Shown here: positions 16,078 to 23,637 of the stretch, piece by piece
Layout of the letters: the number at the start of each line of letters is the position of its first letter
Position numbering within the stretch: the first letter of the stretch is position 1
From: Thermodesulfobacteriota bacterium
Lineage (GTDB): Bacteria > Desulfobacterota > BSN033 > UBA1163
Assembly (NCBI GenBank): GCA_040756085.1
Contig: JBFMAE010000405.1
Span: forward strand, 1 to 37,527
DNA: 37,527 bases
Reading direction: 5' to 3'
Made by a program: the position numbers and the translations under genes
The notes under the pieces: model-generated
Seen by the model: only the letters and a program-made list of their open reading frames with translations
Databases searched by the model: none
Told to the model about the DNA's origin: nothing

Positions 16078-17043
16078 TTATTCCTTTATCAACTCATAAC
16101 GCCTCATTTTTCCATAAAGTGTGGATCGATTAATTTTCAACTTTCTGGCTGTCTGATGTTTATTCCAATTGGTTTCCTCGAGGGCCTTTAAAATGATGCT
16201 CTTTTCGTAATCCTCAAGGGAAACCAGTTCCTGTTCTGGCAATGGTTTCTGTAAAAGGTATTGAGGAAGGTCTTTTGGTAATATTTTCTCTGCCTTAGCA
16301 ATGATGACGGCATGTTCGATGACATTCTCTAATTCACGCACATTGCCTGGCCAGGAGTGTGACAGGAAGATCTCCATCACTTCGGAGGAAAAACTTCCCG
16401 CTTCCCTTCCCTTCTCTTGTGTGAATTTTTTTAGAAAAAGGGATGCCAGAAGCGATATGTCATCCTTTCGCTCACGAAGGGGTGGGACGAAGATGGGGAG
16501 GACATTGAGCCGATAATACAAATCCTCTCGAAATGTGCCCTTCTTCATCCCCTCTGTCAGATTTTTATTGGTGGCAGCGATCACCCTGACATCGACCTCC
16601 AGGGTTTCTTCTCCTCCCACTCTCTCAAATCGATGATCCTGCAGGACGCGAAGAAGCAGGATCTGGGTGGGAGGCGAAACCTCACCGATCTCATCGAGGA
16701 AGATCGTCCCTCCATGAGCCAGTTCAAATCGTCCAATTTTTCGGCGAATGGCACCGGTGAAAGAACCCTTTTCGTGACCGAAGAGTTCACTCTCCAGTAG
16801 GTTCTGAGAATAAGCGGAGCAGTTGGCGACCACGAAAGGCTTTGATTTCCTGTGGCTATTAAAATGGATGGCCTTAGCGATCAATTCCTTTCCCGTGCCG
16901 CTTTCCCCCTGGATGAGGACGGTCGAATCGGTATTCGAAATATCTGAGATCAATTCAAAGATTTCTTGCATCCGGGCATTCTTCCCGAGGATGTTCCCAA
17001 AACTGTAACGTTTTTCGAGCGCCTGGGTCAAATCCATTTTCAT
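16078..17043 (-). CDS. sigma-54-dependent transcriptional activator (bacterial enhancer-binding protein) without N-terminal sensory domain
   Basis: 321 aa; Walker A GESGTGKE, sigma-54 contact loop GSFTGA, ESELFGHEKG, C-terminal Fis-type HTH (NKHQTARKLKINRSTLYGKM); AAA+ core begins ~15 residues after Met. Confidence 0.9.
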   Translation of the reverse strand: MKMDLTQALEKRYSFGNILGKNARMQEIFELISDISNTDSTVLIQGESGTGKELIAKAIHFNSHRKSKPFVVANCSAYSQNLLESELFGHEKGSFTGAIRRKIGRFELAHGGTIFLDEIGEVSPPTQILLLRVLQDHRFERVGGEETLEVDVRVIAATNKNLTEGMKKGTFREDLYYRLNVLPIFVPPLRERKDDISLLASLFLKKFTQEKGREAGSFSSEVMEIFLSHSWPGNVRELENVIEHAVIIAKAEKILPKDLPQYLLQKPLPEQELVSLEDYEKSIILKALEETNWNKHQTARKLKINRSTLYGKMRRYELIKE

Positions 17044-17132
17044 TTCCCTAAGGCAAGCCCTTTAACAATTTGTTTGGGACCGTCCAGGGCTTATGCATTG
17101 ATATCTTTATAATAACGGGGTAAATTATCTTT

Positions 17133-18092
17133 ATGGAGGATTGTAAGATTCTCTCGGCATTGAGAAAAGGGAGGGTCCTCACTCCGGCTCGTTTCGGTTG
17201 CCTTGGAGGAATTCCCACTCTGAATATCACCAATGGGTGCCTCTTTCGATGCGCCTACTGTTATGCCCGGGGATACAGCCAGGCCCCCATGCAAGGAGAA
17301 GTCCGTCTCTATCTCAACCTCCCCGATCTCTTGAAAGAGGAGCTTTCGAGAAGAAAGACCCTTCCCCAATGGGTGATCCTCAATACCTCGTCAGACTGTT
17401 TTCAACCCCACCCAGATATTCTCCATGTCACCTATGAGGTTATCCGGATTCTCTTAGACCATAGGATGGGAATCTCCTTTTTAACCAAGGGGATCATTCC
17501 TCAACGGTTTTTTGAGCTCTTGAGACGATCTCCCGATAAGATACTTGCCCAGATTGGACTGGTTTCATTATCCAACCGATACTGGAAAGGTTTTGAGCCC
17601 AATACCCCCTCTCCGGAAAGAAGGATGGAGAATATTCAAAGACTGAAAGAGATCGGAATTACTCCGGAGGTCAGGATCGATCCTATAATTCCCTTTATCA
17701 CGGATACCAAAACTGAGATGGAGGCCCTCCTCGGACGCTTGAAGGAAAGGGGGATAAGGAGAATCACTCTCAGTTATCTCCACCTCCGACCGGCCATCCA
17801 GAGACAATTGATGGAAGAACTTTCGCCTGTGCATCGAAGGCTCATCGAATCCTGCTTTAAAACTCAGGAGTGGAAAGCGGTGGGTTCTTCAACAAAGACG
17901 AAACTCCTTCCAAGGGCAATTCGAGAGAGAGGGTATAAGAGGATCAAAGAGACGGCTGAACATATTGGAATCACGGCCGTGGTCTGCCAGTGTAAGAATC
18001 CGGACCTGAAGGGAGATCTTTGTAGTTCGGGAAGGGCAAAGGTTCATTTGAGAAGAACGCTTCCAGTGCAACTCCCGTTGTTTAGATGTTAA
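17133..18092 (+). CDS. radical SAM protein, SplB/DNA-photolyase-like (COG1533-type)
   Basis: 319 aa; CLFRCAYCY (CxxxCxxC) cluster near the N-terminus; overall layout like spore-photoproduct-lyase-related proteins; weak RBS, so the start is approximate. Confidence 0.8.
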   Translation: MEDCKILSALRKGRVLTPARFGCLGGIPTLNITNGCLFRCAYCYARGYSQAPMQGEVRLYLNLPDLLKEELSRRKTLPQWVILNTSSDCFQPHPDILHVTYEVIRILLDHRMGISFLTKGIIPQRFFELLRRSPDKILAQIGLVSLSNRYWKGFEPNTPSPERRMENIQRLKEIGITPEVRIDPIIPFITDTKTEMEALLGRLKERGIRRITLSYLHLRPAIQRQLMEELSPVHRRLIESCFKTQEWKAVGSSTKTKLLPRAIRERGYKRIKETAEHIGITAVVCQCKNPDLKGDLCSSGRAKVHLRRTLPVQLPLFRC

Positions 18093-18105
18093 AGGTGGGA
18101 ACTTT

Positions 18106-18170
18106 AAAATCCGAAATCCGAATATCGAAATCCCTGCCTGCGCCTGCCTGCGGTAGGCAGGGCAGGCAGG
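18106..18170. repeat. compound intergenic hairpin element, same family as 11781..11863
   Basis: AAAATCCGAAATCCGAATATCGAAATCC word repeat followed by hairpin CCTGCCTGC(g)CCTGCC-tgcggta-GGCAGG-GCAGGCAGG. Confidence 0.8.
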
Positions 18171-18259
18171 CGAAACAATTCCTGAATTCAAATGATCAAA
18201 TTTCAAAACGAAAAAGCTTTAAATTTTGTATTTCGGTCATTCGAATTTGTTTCGAATTT

Positions 18260-18292
18260 CGCCTGCCCGCCGAACAAGTTCTTTGGCAGGCG
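18260..18292. repeat. second GC hairpin CGCCTGCC-N17-GGCAGGCG flanked by CGAAAT/ATTTCG words
   Basis: 8-bp perfect stem; lies in the same convergent intergenic region between the radical SAM and LigD-PE genes. Confidence 0.7.
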
Positions 18293-18318
18293 GGGATTTC
18301 GTGCTTCGAATTTAGAGT

Positions 18319-18798
18319 TTAATTGGTTTCACAAGGTGGGATCTTTACGATCAGTTTCTTCTTCTTTGCCGGAGTGAGGTCCTCTTCTACCTTCCAGTCC
18401 TTTTTGGCAAAAGAATCCTGTCCCTTGATCAGAAGCCAATCTTTTCCTGTACCCCTCCCTTTCATCAGGATGAGGGAAAAACTTCCTTTTAATTTCTTCC
18501 CATCCAAGGTGAAACTCAACATTCCCTTCTTCACGGAGGTTTCCGGATCTCCTTCGGATCGAAATTCGCCCGAGTCCCAGATGAGGACCGCTCCAGCTCC
18601 ATAATGTCCCTGAGGAATCATCCCTTCAAAGTCCCCGTATTCAAGCGGATGATCCTCCACCATGACGGCAAGTCTTTTTTCCGCAGGATTCATGGAAGGG
18701 CCCTTAGGGATGGCCCAGGATTTGAGGACGCCAGCGATCTCCAATCGAAAATCGTAATGAAGACGGGTGGCGTGGTGTTCATGGACAACAAATTTCAT
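18319..18798 (-). CDS. stand-alone DNA ligase D 3'-phosphoesterase (PE) domain protein
   Basis: 159 aa; hallmark FVVHEHHATRLHYDFRLE and KSWAIPKGPS..KRLAV.VEDHPLEY..FEG.IP.G.YGAG. Confidence 0.85.
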   Translation of the reverse strand: MKFVVHEHHATRLHYDFRLEIAGVLKSWAIPKGPSMNPAEKRLAVMVEDHPLEYGDFEGMIPQGHYGAGAVLIWDSGEFRSEGDPETSVKKGMLSFTLDGKKLKGSFSLILMKGRGTGKDWLLIKGQDSFAKKDWKVEEDLTPAKKKKLIVKIPPCETN

Positions 18799-18859
18799 AT
18801 TCCTTCCCTCTGAAATTCCTCAATTTAAATTTCAAATTCGCCTCCTTCATAAAAACCTT

Positions 18860-19757
18860 TCAGGATTTTAAAGATTCCTTCTTGAGGGCAATCAGAATTC
18901 CAGCGAAGATTGAAATTCCTCCGAGGACTTTCCAGATCGTCAGTCCTTCTCCCAAAATAAAGTAGGCCAAAATCGTGGATCCGATGGGTTCTCCCAGAAT
19001 GGTCACTGCTACCTAAGGATGCCGGAAGATATTTCAAAGCCCAGTTGAAGGTGGTATGGCCAATTAATTGGGGGATGAGGGCAAGGAGAAAGAGGAAGAG
19101 ATAGGTCAAGGAAGAATATCCGAAGAAGGGCTTTTGAAAGGCGAGGGAAAGAATGATCAATACCATTCCAGCAGTTGAATAGACCGGGAAGATATAGGAG
19201 AGGAGATCTTGCCCCTTTCTCATCTTTCTACCTACGAGAAGATATCCTGATGCAGTGATGGCACCCAGTAAGGCCAATCCATCTCCCATCAATGCCTCTC
19301 CTGATATGGCCACATCCCCAAAACTGATCAACCCACTGCCCAGAACCGAAAGGGTAATCCCTAAGATTAAATTCAATCCCACTGCTTCTTTGAAGAAGAA
19401 CCAGGCCCCTATTCCAACAAAGATGGGATTGGTAGAGACCAGAACGACTGAACTGGCTACAGAAGTATATTTCAATGAAGCGATCCAGAAGGCGAAATGG
19501 AGGCTCAGAAAGAGGCCGGAGAGAATCAACCATCCCATTTCGTTCCGCCCCCATCCCTTCCAAATTTTTTGATAACCGGCAAAGGGCACCAGAATCAGGG
19601 AAGCGAGGACCATTCTGTAGGCTGCGATGGTCAATGCCGGGGCATCACAGAGCTTGATAAAGATCGAAGCTGTGGAGATGGCTATGATCCCGATGGGAAG
19701 GAGGATATAAAGACGAATCATCTGGATAAACTTATCCCAATTTGAAATACTCTTCAA
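18860..19757 (-). pseudogene. EamA/DMT-family transporter with a single-base frameshift near the 3' end
   Basis: The ORF reads correctly to ..FNWALKYLPASL, then loses family similarity. Removing one C at 19012/19013 (G on the coding strand) restores VAVTILGEPIGSTILAYFILGEGLTIWKVLGGISIFAGILIALKKESLKS*, ending at 18860. Confidence 0.75.
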
Positions 19758-19760
19758 GCC

Positions 19761-20072
19761 CCCACCCTCTCCTCCCCCGCAAGTGCCTGTGTCGCAATGG
19801 CGTGGAAGGGACAGGGAGCCAGCTTTGGAAGCTTTAGAATTGCGGTTACTTGAAGGCGAGGGCTACCACCCCTAATGCTTAAAAATAATGTTTGCCTGGG
19901 AACCAAGCTTATGATTTTATTTGCTAAAAGGTTCCGCTCTAAAGCTTCCTCAGCCGCCTCTCTGTCCCTTGGCCAACGTGTAGACCGCCGAATGATTGTT
20001 TTCGATCTTCAGCCCTCTCTCTATTGTGACACAGTCTCCAAGTGGGGTAGGAAAAAGGCGGAGGGAAATTGA
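19761..20072. mobile_element. foldback repeat element, copy A (MITE-like, degenerate left end)
   Basis: Shares blocks with 29167..29452: CCCTCTCC..CTGTGTCG.AAT, GCTTTAGAAT(T)GCGGT, AAAGGTT(T)CCGCTCTAAAGC, ATT.TGACACAGTCTC, AGGGAAAT(C)TGA. Its arms are inverted repeats of each other. Confidence 0.55.
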
Positions 20073-20125
20073 CAGGGAGTTAAAAAATGGATAGGGTATT
20101 AAAAGAGCTGGAAGGAGGGATGAAT

Positions 20126-21199
20126 ATGGACATATTCGAACTAATGAAGAAGGATGGACATGAACAGATCATCTTCAACTTTGATAAAGAGACAGGGATG
20201 AAGGCGATCATCGCCATTCACGACTTCACGCTGGGCCAGACCTTTGGTGGAGTGAGGATGGTCAACTATGCCTCCATGGAGGATGCCCTTCGAGATGCCA
20301 TGAGATTGTCCAAGGCCATGACCTATAAATGTGCTGCGGCCGATGAAGACAAGGGAGGGGGAAAGGCTGTCATCTGGGGTGATCCGGAGAAAGATAAGAG
20401 CGAAGCCTTTCTCAGAGCCTTTGGCAGATTCGTCGAAATGTTAAAAGGTCGTTTTGCCACAGGGGCTGATCTCAATCTTAACATGATGGATGGTTCCATC
20501 ATGGGAAAGGAGAGTCAATATATTCTTGGTAGGCCTAAAGAGGAAGGAAGTTCTGGTAGTACTGGAATTACGACAGCGCTCGGGGTCTATGTAGGGTTGA
20601 AGGCATGTGCGAAATTCCTCTGGGGCGATGAGACCCTTCGGGGCAAAAGGATTGCCGTCCAAGGACTCGGTGCAGTAGGAGAACCTTTATTGAAACATTT
20701 AAAGGAAGGAGGATTAGAAGTGATTGCAACCGATGTGAGAGAAAAAACCCTCCAGCGCCTTCAACCCCAGTACGGATTCGTGACAATCAAACCTGATGCC
20801 ATCTATGAAGTGGAGTGCGATATCTTCTGCCCCTGCGCTATTGGCGGCATATTAAATGATAAGACCATTCCCAGATTAAAATGTAAACTGGTTGCAGGTT
20901 GCGCCAACAACCAGTTAGAGGATGAAGAGCGTCATGGCAGAATGCTCCATGAGCGAGGCATCCTCTATACACCAGATTTCATCATCAATGCGGGAGGTGT
21001 GATCCAGGTGATTGATGAAATCCAGGGATATAACCCCGAGCGAGCGAAGATGAAGACAGAGCGAATCTACAACCGCCTTCTCTCCATCTTTGAGATGGCT
21101 AAGAAAGAAGGTATCCTCCCTCTGGAGGCTGCCAATCGCTATGCGGAATCACGCATTCGCGAGATTCAAAAGATCAAACGTCTCTATGTGCCAAAATAG
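20126..21199 (+). CDS. leucine (Leu/Phe/Val-type) amino-acid dehydrogenase
   Basis: MDIFELMKKDGHEQIIF.. N-terminus, catalytic-Lys region KGGGKAVIWGDP, Rossmann GLGAVG; start at the ATG 6 nt after GGAGGG (20126). Confidence 0.9.
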   Translation: MDIFELMKKDGHEQIIFNFDKETGMKAIIAIHDFTLGQTFGGVRMVNYASMEDALRDAMRLSKAMTYKCAAADEDKGGGKAVIWGDPEKDKSEAFLRAFGRFVEMLKGRFATGADLNLNMMDGSIMGKESQYILGRPKEEGSSGSTGITTALGVYVGLKACAKFLWGDETLRGKRIAVQGLGAVGEPLLKHLKEGGLEVIATDVREKTLQRLQPQYGFVTIKPDAIYEVECDIFCPCAIGGILNDKTIPRLKCKLVAGCANNQLEDEERHGRMLHERGILYTPDFIINAGGVIQVIDEIQGYNPERAKMKTERIYNRLLSIFEMAKKEGILPLEAANRYAESRIREIQKIKRLYVPK

Positions 21200-21215
21200 C
21201 TGCTTGGAAAATAAA

Positions 21216-21307
21216 GTCTAAGGTTCAACGGTTAGCGTAAGGAGGCCGGTTTCGTTAAGACGATGAACGTTAAATGGGCTTTCTAACCTTAACCCTAACC
21301 CAAAGAC
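21216..21307. repeat. intergenic imperfect hairpin built from GGTTA/TAACC and GTTAAG/CTTAAC words
   Basis: GTCTAAGGTTCAACGGTTAGCGTAAGG ... CTAACCTTAACCCTAACCCAAAGAC; ends GTCT/AGAC pair, with several alternative internal pairings. Confidence 0.6.
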
Positions 21308-21351
21308 TATTTTTATGGGTCGGGGTGTCGTACCCGTTATAATGGATTACT

Positions 21352-22017
21352 ATGCAAAGAAAGGTCTCTCTTTCCATTACCGATGCCTATCGTCAACGAT
21401 TTCCTGAATTGAGTTTTGGGATTGGGACAATCGAGGCCTGTACCTATTTTGAGAAGTCCGAGCCATTCAAACTCTACAAAAGAGAACTCCTTCGAAAGAT
21501 GCGAAGGCGGGCCAACCTGGCTCAAATCGAAGAGCGGATCCATCTCTATGATCAATTCTTCGAAGACTGGGGGTATCCCTGTCCTCTTCCAGGCCACCTG
21601 AAACGGACCATTGAGATGGGATTCCCAATCGTCAACCTCTATATCGATACGCATATCATTGCAGAGATGTGTCATGGCATTCTCATGGCGATTCAGGATC
21701 TGGATCGTTTTCAAGGCGAATGGAGGCTTGACCGCGCTCAGGAGAGAGAGACATTTCAGGGGGTCTCAGGGAAGATGATCCGCTGTAAGGAGGATGAAAT
21801 TGTTCTTCGCGATGGAGAAGGGATGGTCTGTTCCCTTTTTCAAGGCCCAGATTTTAAAACGAGAGTGGAGCCAGCAAGCAGAAATATTGTGGTCTATGTT
21901 TTTACAGCACCAGGGATTCAGGAAATTCAAGTGTCAGATGGGATTCAATTGGCGATCGAGATCCTGGAAAAATTCGGTCACGGAACAGACTCTTGGTGGA
22001 AAGTTTTTAAACCATAA
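21352..22017 (+). CDS. B3/B4 tRNA-binding-domain protein (PheT-related, COG3382-like)
   Basis: 221 aa; pattern ..FPIVNLYIDTHIIAEM....IQDLDRFQG.WRLDRA...ETFQG..G......EDEIVLRDGEGMVCSLFQGPD..T.V....NIVVYVF is typical of stand-alone B3/4 proteins as I recall them. Confidence 0.7.
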   Translation: MQRKVSLSITDAYRQRFPELSFGIGTIEACTYFEKSEPFKLYKRELLRKMRRRANLAQIEERIHLYDQFFEDWGYPCPLPGHLKRTIEMGFPIVNLYIDTHIIAEMCHGILMAIQDLDRFQGEWRLDRAQERETFQGVSGKMIRCKEDEIVLRDGEGMVCSLFQGPDFKTRVEPASRNIVVYVFTAPGIQEIQVSDGIQLAIEILEKFGHGTDSWWKVFKP

Positions 22018-22028
22018 ATATCGTGATT

Positions 22029-22107
22029 CGTGTCACGTGTCGCGTGTCCGATGAACTGATAAGAAAGCATCAGAGGTCCGCGGACACGGATAACGGTCAC
22101 GGACACG
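22029..22107. repeat. long imperfect hairpin of CGTGTC / GACACG words between B3/4 and tautomerase genes
   Basis: CGTGTCCG (22043..22050) pairs with CGGACACG (22081..22088); outer CGTGTC/GACACG; inner CTGAT/ATCAG. Confidence 0.75.
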
Positions 22108-22126
22108 TTTCTTGAAGGAGATTCGC

Positions 22127-22318
22127 ATGCCTATTGTTCAGATTAGTATGATTGCAGGAAGGACACCAGAGAAGAAAGAGCAGCTCATGAAGAAAGTGAC
22201 AGATGCCATTATGGAAGTTCTTCAGGTTCCAGCGGATCGTGTTCGAATTATCCTCAACGAAGTCCCAAAAGAGAATATAGGGTATGGAGGGGTTCCACTC
22301 TCTAAAATAGATCAATGA
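22127..22318 (+). CDS. 4-oxalocrotonate tautomerase family enzyme
   Basis: 63 aa starting MPIVQISMIAGRT (catalytic Pro1 after Met removal); GAAGGAG RBS 6 nt upstream. Confidence 0.85.
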   Translation: MPIVQISMIAGRTPEKKEQLMKKVTDAIMEVLQVPADRVRIILNEVPKENIGYGGVPLSKIDQ

Positions 22319-22352
22319 AACTAACAGAAAGCAGAGCACCCAGAGCATAACG

Positions 22353-22494
22353 TTTAAACTCCTTTCGCTTTTGGGTATTCTGAAATCACAATTTGTGATT
22401 ACAAACGATTTTGAGGTTACTTTTTAGGGTCACAAACTGTGACCTTTTAAGAAAGTTACAAAGAGAGAGGCCGCCATTTGCGACCACATCCGGA
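22353..22494 (+). pseudogene. decayed ORF6N-domain remnants (two frames)
   Basis: Frame A reads FKLLSLLGILKSQFVITNDFEVTF*. Frame B reads RVTNCDLLRKLQRERPPFATTSG. Both resemble the FxFQL..L(K/R)SQFVT and VTNCD...P(Y/F)AFTE motifs of ORF6N proteins, and stops and frame changes are present. Confidence 0.4.
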
Positions 22495-22575
22495 AATGAT
22501 CTTGACGTGACCATTTGGAACTTCACGGAAACAATCGAGTTCTTTTTTATGGTAGGTTTAATTGGGGGTAAAGAT

Positions 22576-23025
22576 CTATCTTTTAGATAAATCTCCTACT
22601 TTCTCTTTTGTGATTCTAAAAATTCCTTCTGTAAGTTTCTCTGCGCTTCCAATGGAATCTTTGGCTTCTGTCTTAGAGATTCTACTATCAATCTCATAAA
22701 CAAATTGATGTCTTTTTCGCCTCATCCTGTGAAATTTATTAATCAAAACTCGATACTCCTCGCCAAGAATTCGAGAACAAAACTCTCCTACCGTTTTGTG
22801 CTGATCTTTTCCCTTCGGTCGGTATTCAAGATAAAGCATCAAGGCTCTTCCAGCCCGAAGCATTGAGTGATAGGTAATCGTATAGGTCCACTCTTCGTCG
22901 ACGTCGAGCGTTGCACGTGCCGTCCTTAAGTCTTTGTGCGTTCTTTCAAGGGCCTTTTTGACTTTGCTCAAATCGGGTTCTACTCTTTCAATCAGGCCTT
23001 GAGACTCAAGGTCGTTTAATTTCAT
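22576..23025 (-). CDS. HEPN-domain protein (toxin partner of MNT-HEPN module)
   Basis: 149 aa from ATG 23025 (GGTGAGG RBS); Rx4-6H-type motif RMRRKRH; overlaps upstream MNT gene by 20 nt. Confidence 0.72.
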   Translation of the reverse strand: MKLNDLESQGLIERVEPDLSKVKKALERTHKDLRTARATLDVDEEWTYTITYHSMLRAGRALMLYLEYRPKGKDQHKTVGEFCSRILGEEYRVLINKFHRMRRKRHQFVYEIDSRISKTEAKDSIGSAEKLTEGIFRITKEKVGDLSKR

Positions 23026-23584
23026 TTTCCTCACCGATCAATATGATTTTTGGGTTGTTGAGAACGGTTTTTATGAAACTATCCTTTGACTTGATTTTTT
23101 CACGAAATTCTCTCACAGAATAAAATATCATGTTAATTGCCCTTCCTAATTGTTGCTCAGCTTCGGAAAGGGCATCCTCTATTTCATCAAGATTTGCTTT
23201 TCCAACGACAATCAAATCCACGTCACTTTCGGTTTTTTCCTGATCTTTTGCAAAGGAGCCATAGACAAGAGCATATTTTATTCCATCGATTCTTTCCAGA
23301 GCAGTTTTAATCACTCCAACCACACCAGCCGTCTTCAGGATCAGTCCTTTCATCTCTTCAAAAAAAGGAGAATGTTTATTGACTCTGAAATATTTTTGTC
23401 TACCTTCTGTTTCTGAAACGAGTATCCTTAAACCTTCCAATCGAGCCAGTTCCCTGCTCAAGTTCGTCGAATCCTCTTTGAGCAAAGATTCCAGTTGTCT
23501 GACAAAAAAACGCTCGTCCACATGAGTAAAGAACCAACCCAATACCTTTGCCCTCAATTTAGATCCGAAAAGTTTTTTTGTCAC
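23006..23584 (-). CDS. winged-helix + minimal nucleotidyltransferase (MNT) protein
   Basis: 192 aa; N-terminal ArsR-like wHTH (VRQLESLLKEDSTNLSRELARLEGLRIL), NTase motif GSFAKDQEKTESDVDLIVV; GTG start with AAGGAAG RBS. Confidence 0.78.
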   Translation of the reverse strand: MTKKLFGSKLRAKVLGWFFTHVDERFFVRQLESLLKEDSTNLSRELARLEGLRILVSETEGRQKYFRVNKHSPFFEEMKGLILKTAGVVGVIKTALERIDGIKYALVYGSFAKDQEKTESDVDLIVVGKANLDEIEDALSEAEQQLGRAINMIFYSVREFREKIKSKDSFIKTVLNNPKIILIGEENEIKRP

Positions 23585-23602
23585 GCAAATGCTTCCTTAT
23601 GA

Positions 23603-23637
23603 ACAGTTGCAGTAAATAATACTACAATTGCAGTAAA
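23603..23637 (-). promoter_or_regulatory. direct repeats ACAnTTGCAGTAAA x2 (21-nt period) upstream of the MNT-HEPN operon, candidate operator
   Basis: 13 of 14 positions identical at 23603..23616 and 23624..23637; begins 19 nt upstream of the GTG start; the encoded protein has a wHTH domain. Confidence 0.35.

Noticed and set aside
17889-18377. Several 60-105-aa ORFs across the radical SAM / LigD-PE intergenic region
   Set aside because: They are translations of the GC hairpins and word repeats (CRQGRQA-type strings) and overlap the ends of real genes.
19875-20072. 65-aa ORF inside foldback copy A (and the 68-aa ORF 29154..29360 inside copy B)
   Set aside because: The two copies share nucleotide blocks, but the ORFs are in different frames relative to those blocks, so no protein is conserved.
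21337-21714. 125-aa ORF antisense to the B3/4-domain gene
   Set aside because: It completely overlaps a better-supported gene on the other strand, and has no RBS and no recognisable motifs.
11781-22107. Possibility that the repeated words or hairpins form a CRISPR array
   Set aside because: There are no regularly spaced identical repeats separated by unique spacers. The repeats are inverted within each locus, differ between loci, and no cas genes are present.
22384-22444. TCACA-N3-TGTGA palindromes as CRP/FNR-type binding sites or a bidirectional terminator
   Set aside because: The half-site orientation is the reverse of the CRP/FNR consensus (TGTGA-N6-TCACA), with a 3-nt spacing. The palindromes also coincide with ORF6N motif codons. 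Only 22428..22444 is followed by TTTT, so a weak plus-strand terminator role cannot be excluded, but it is not called.
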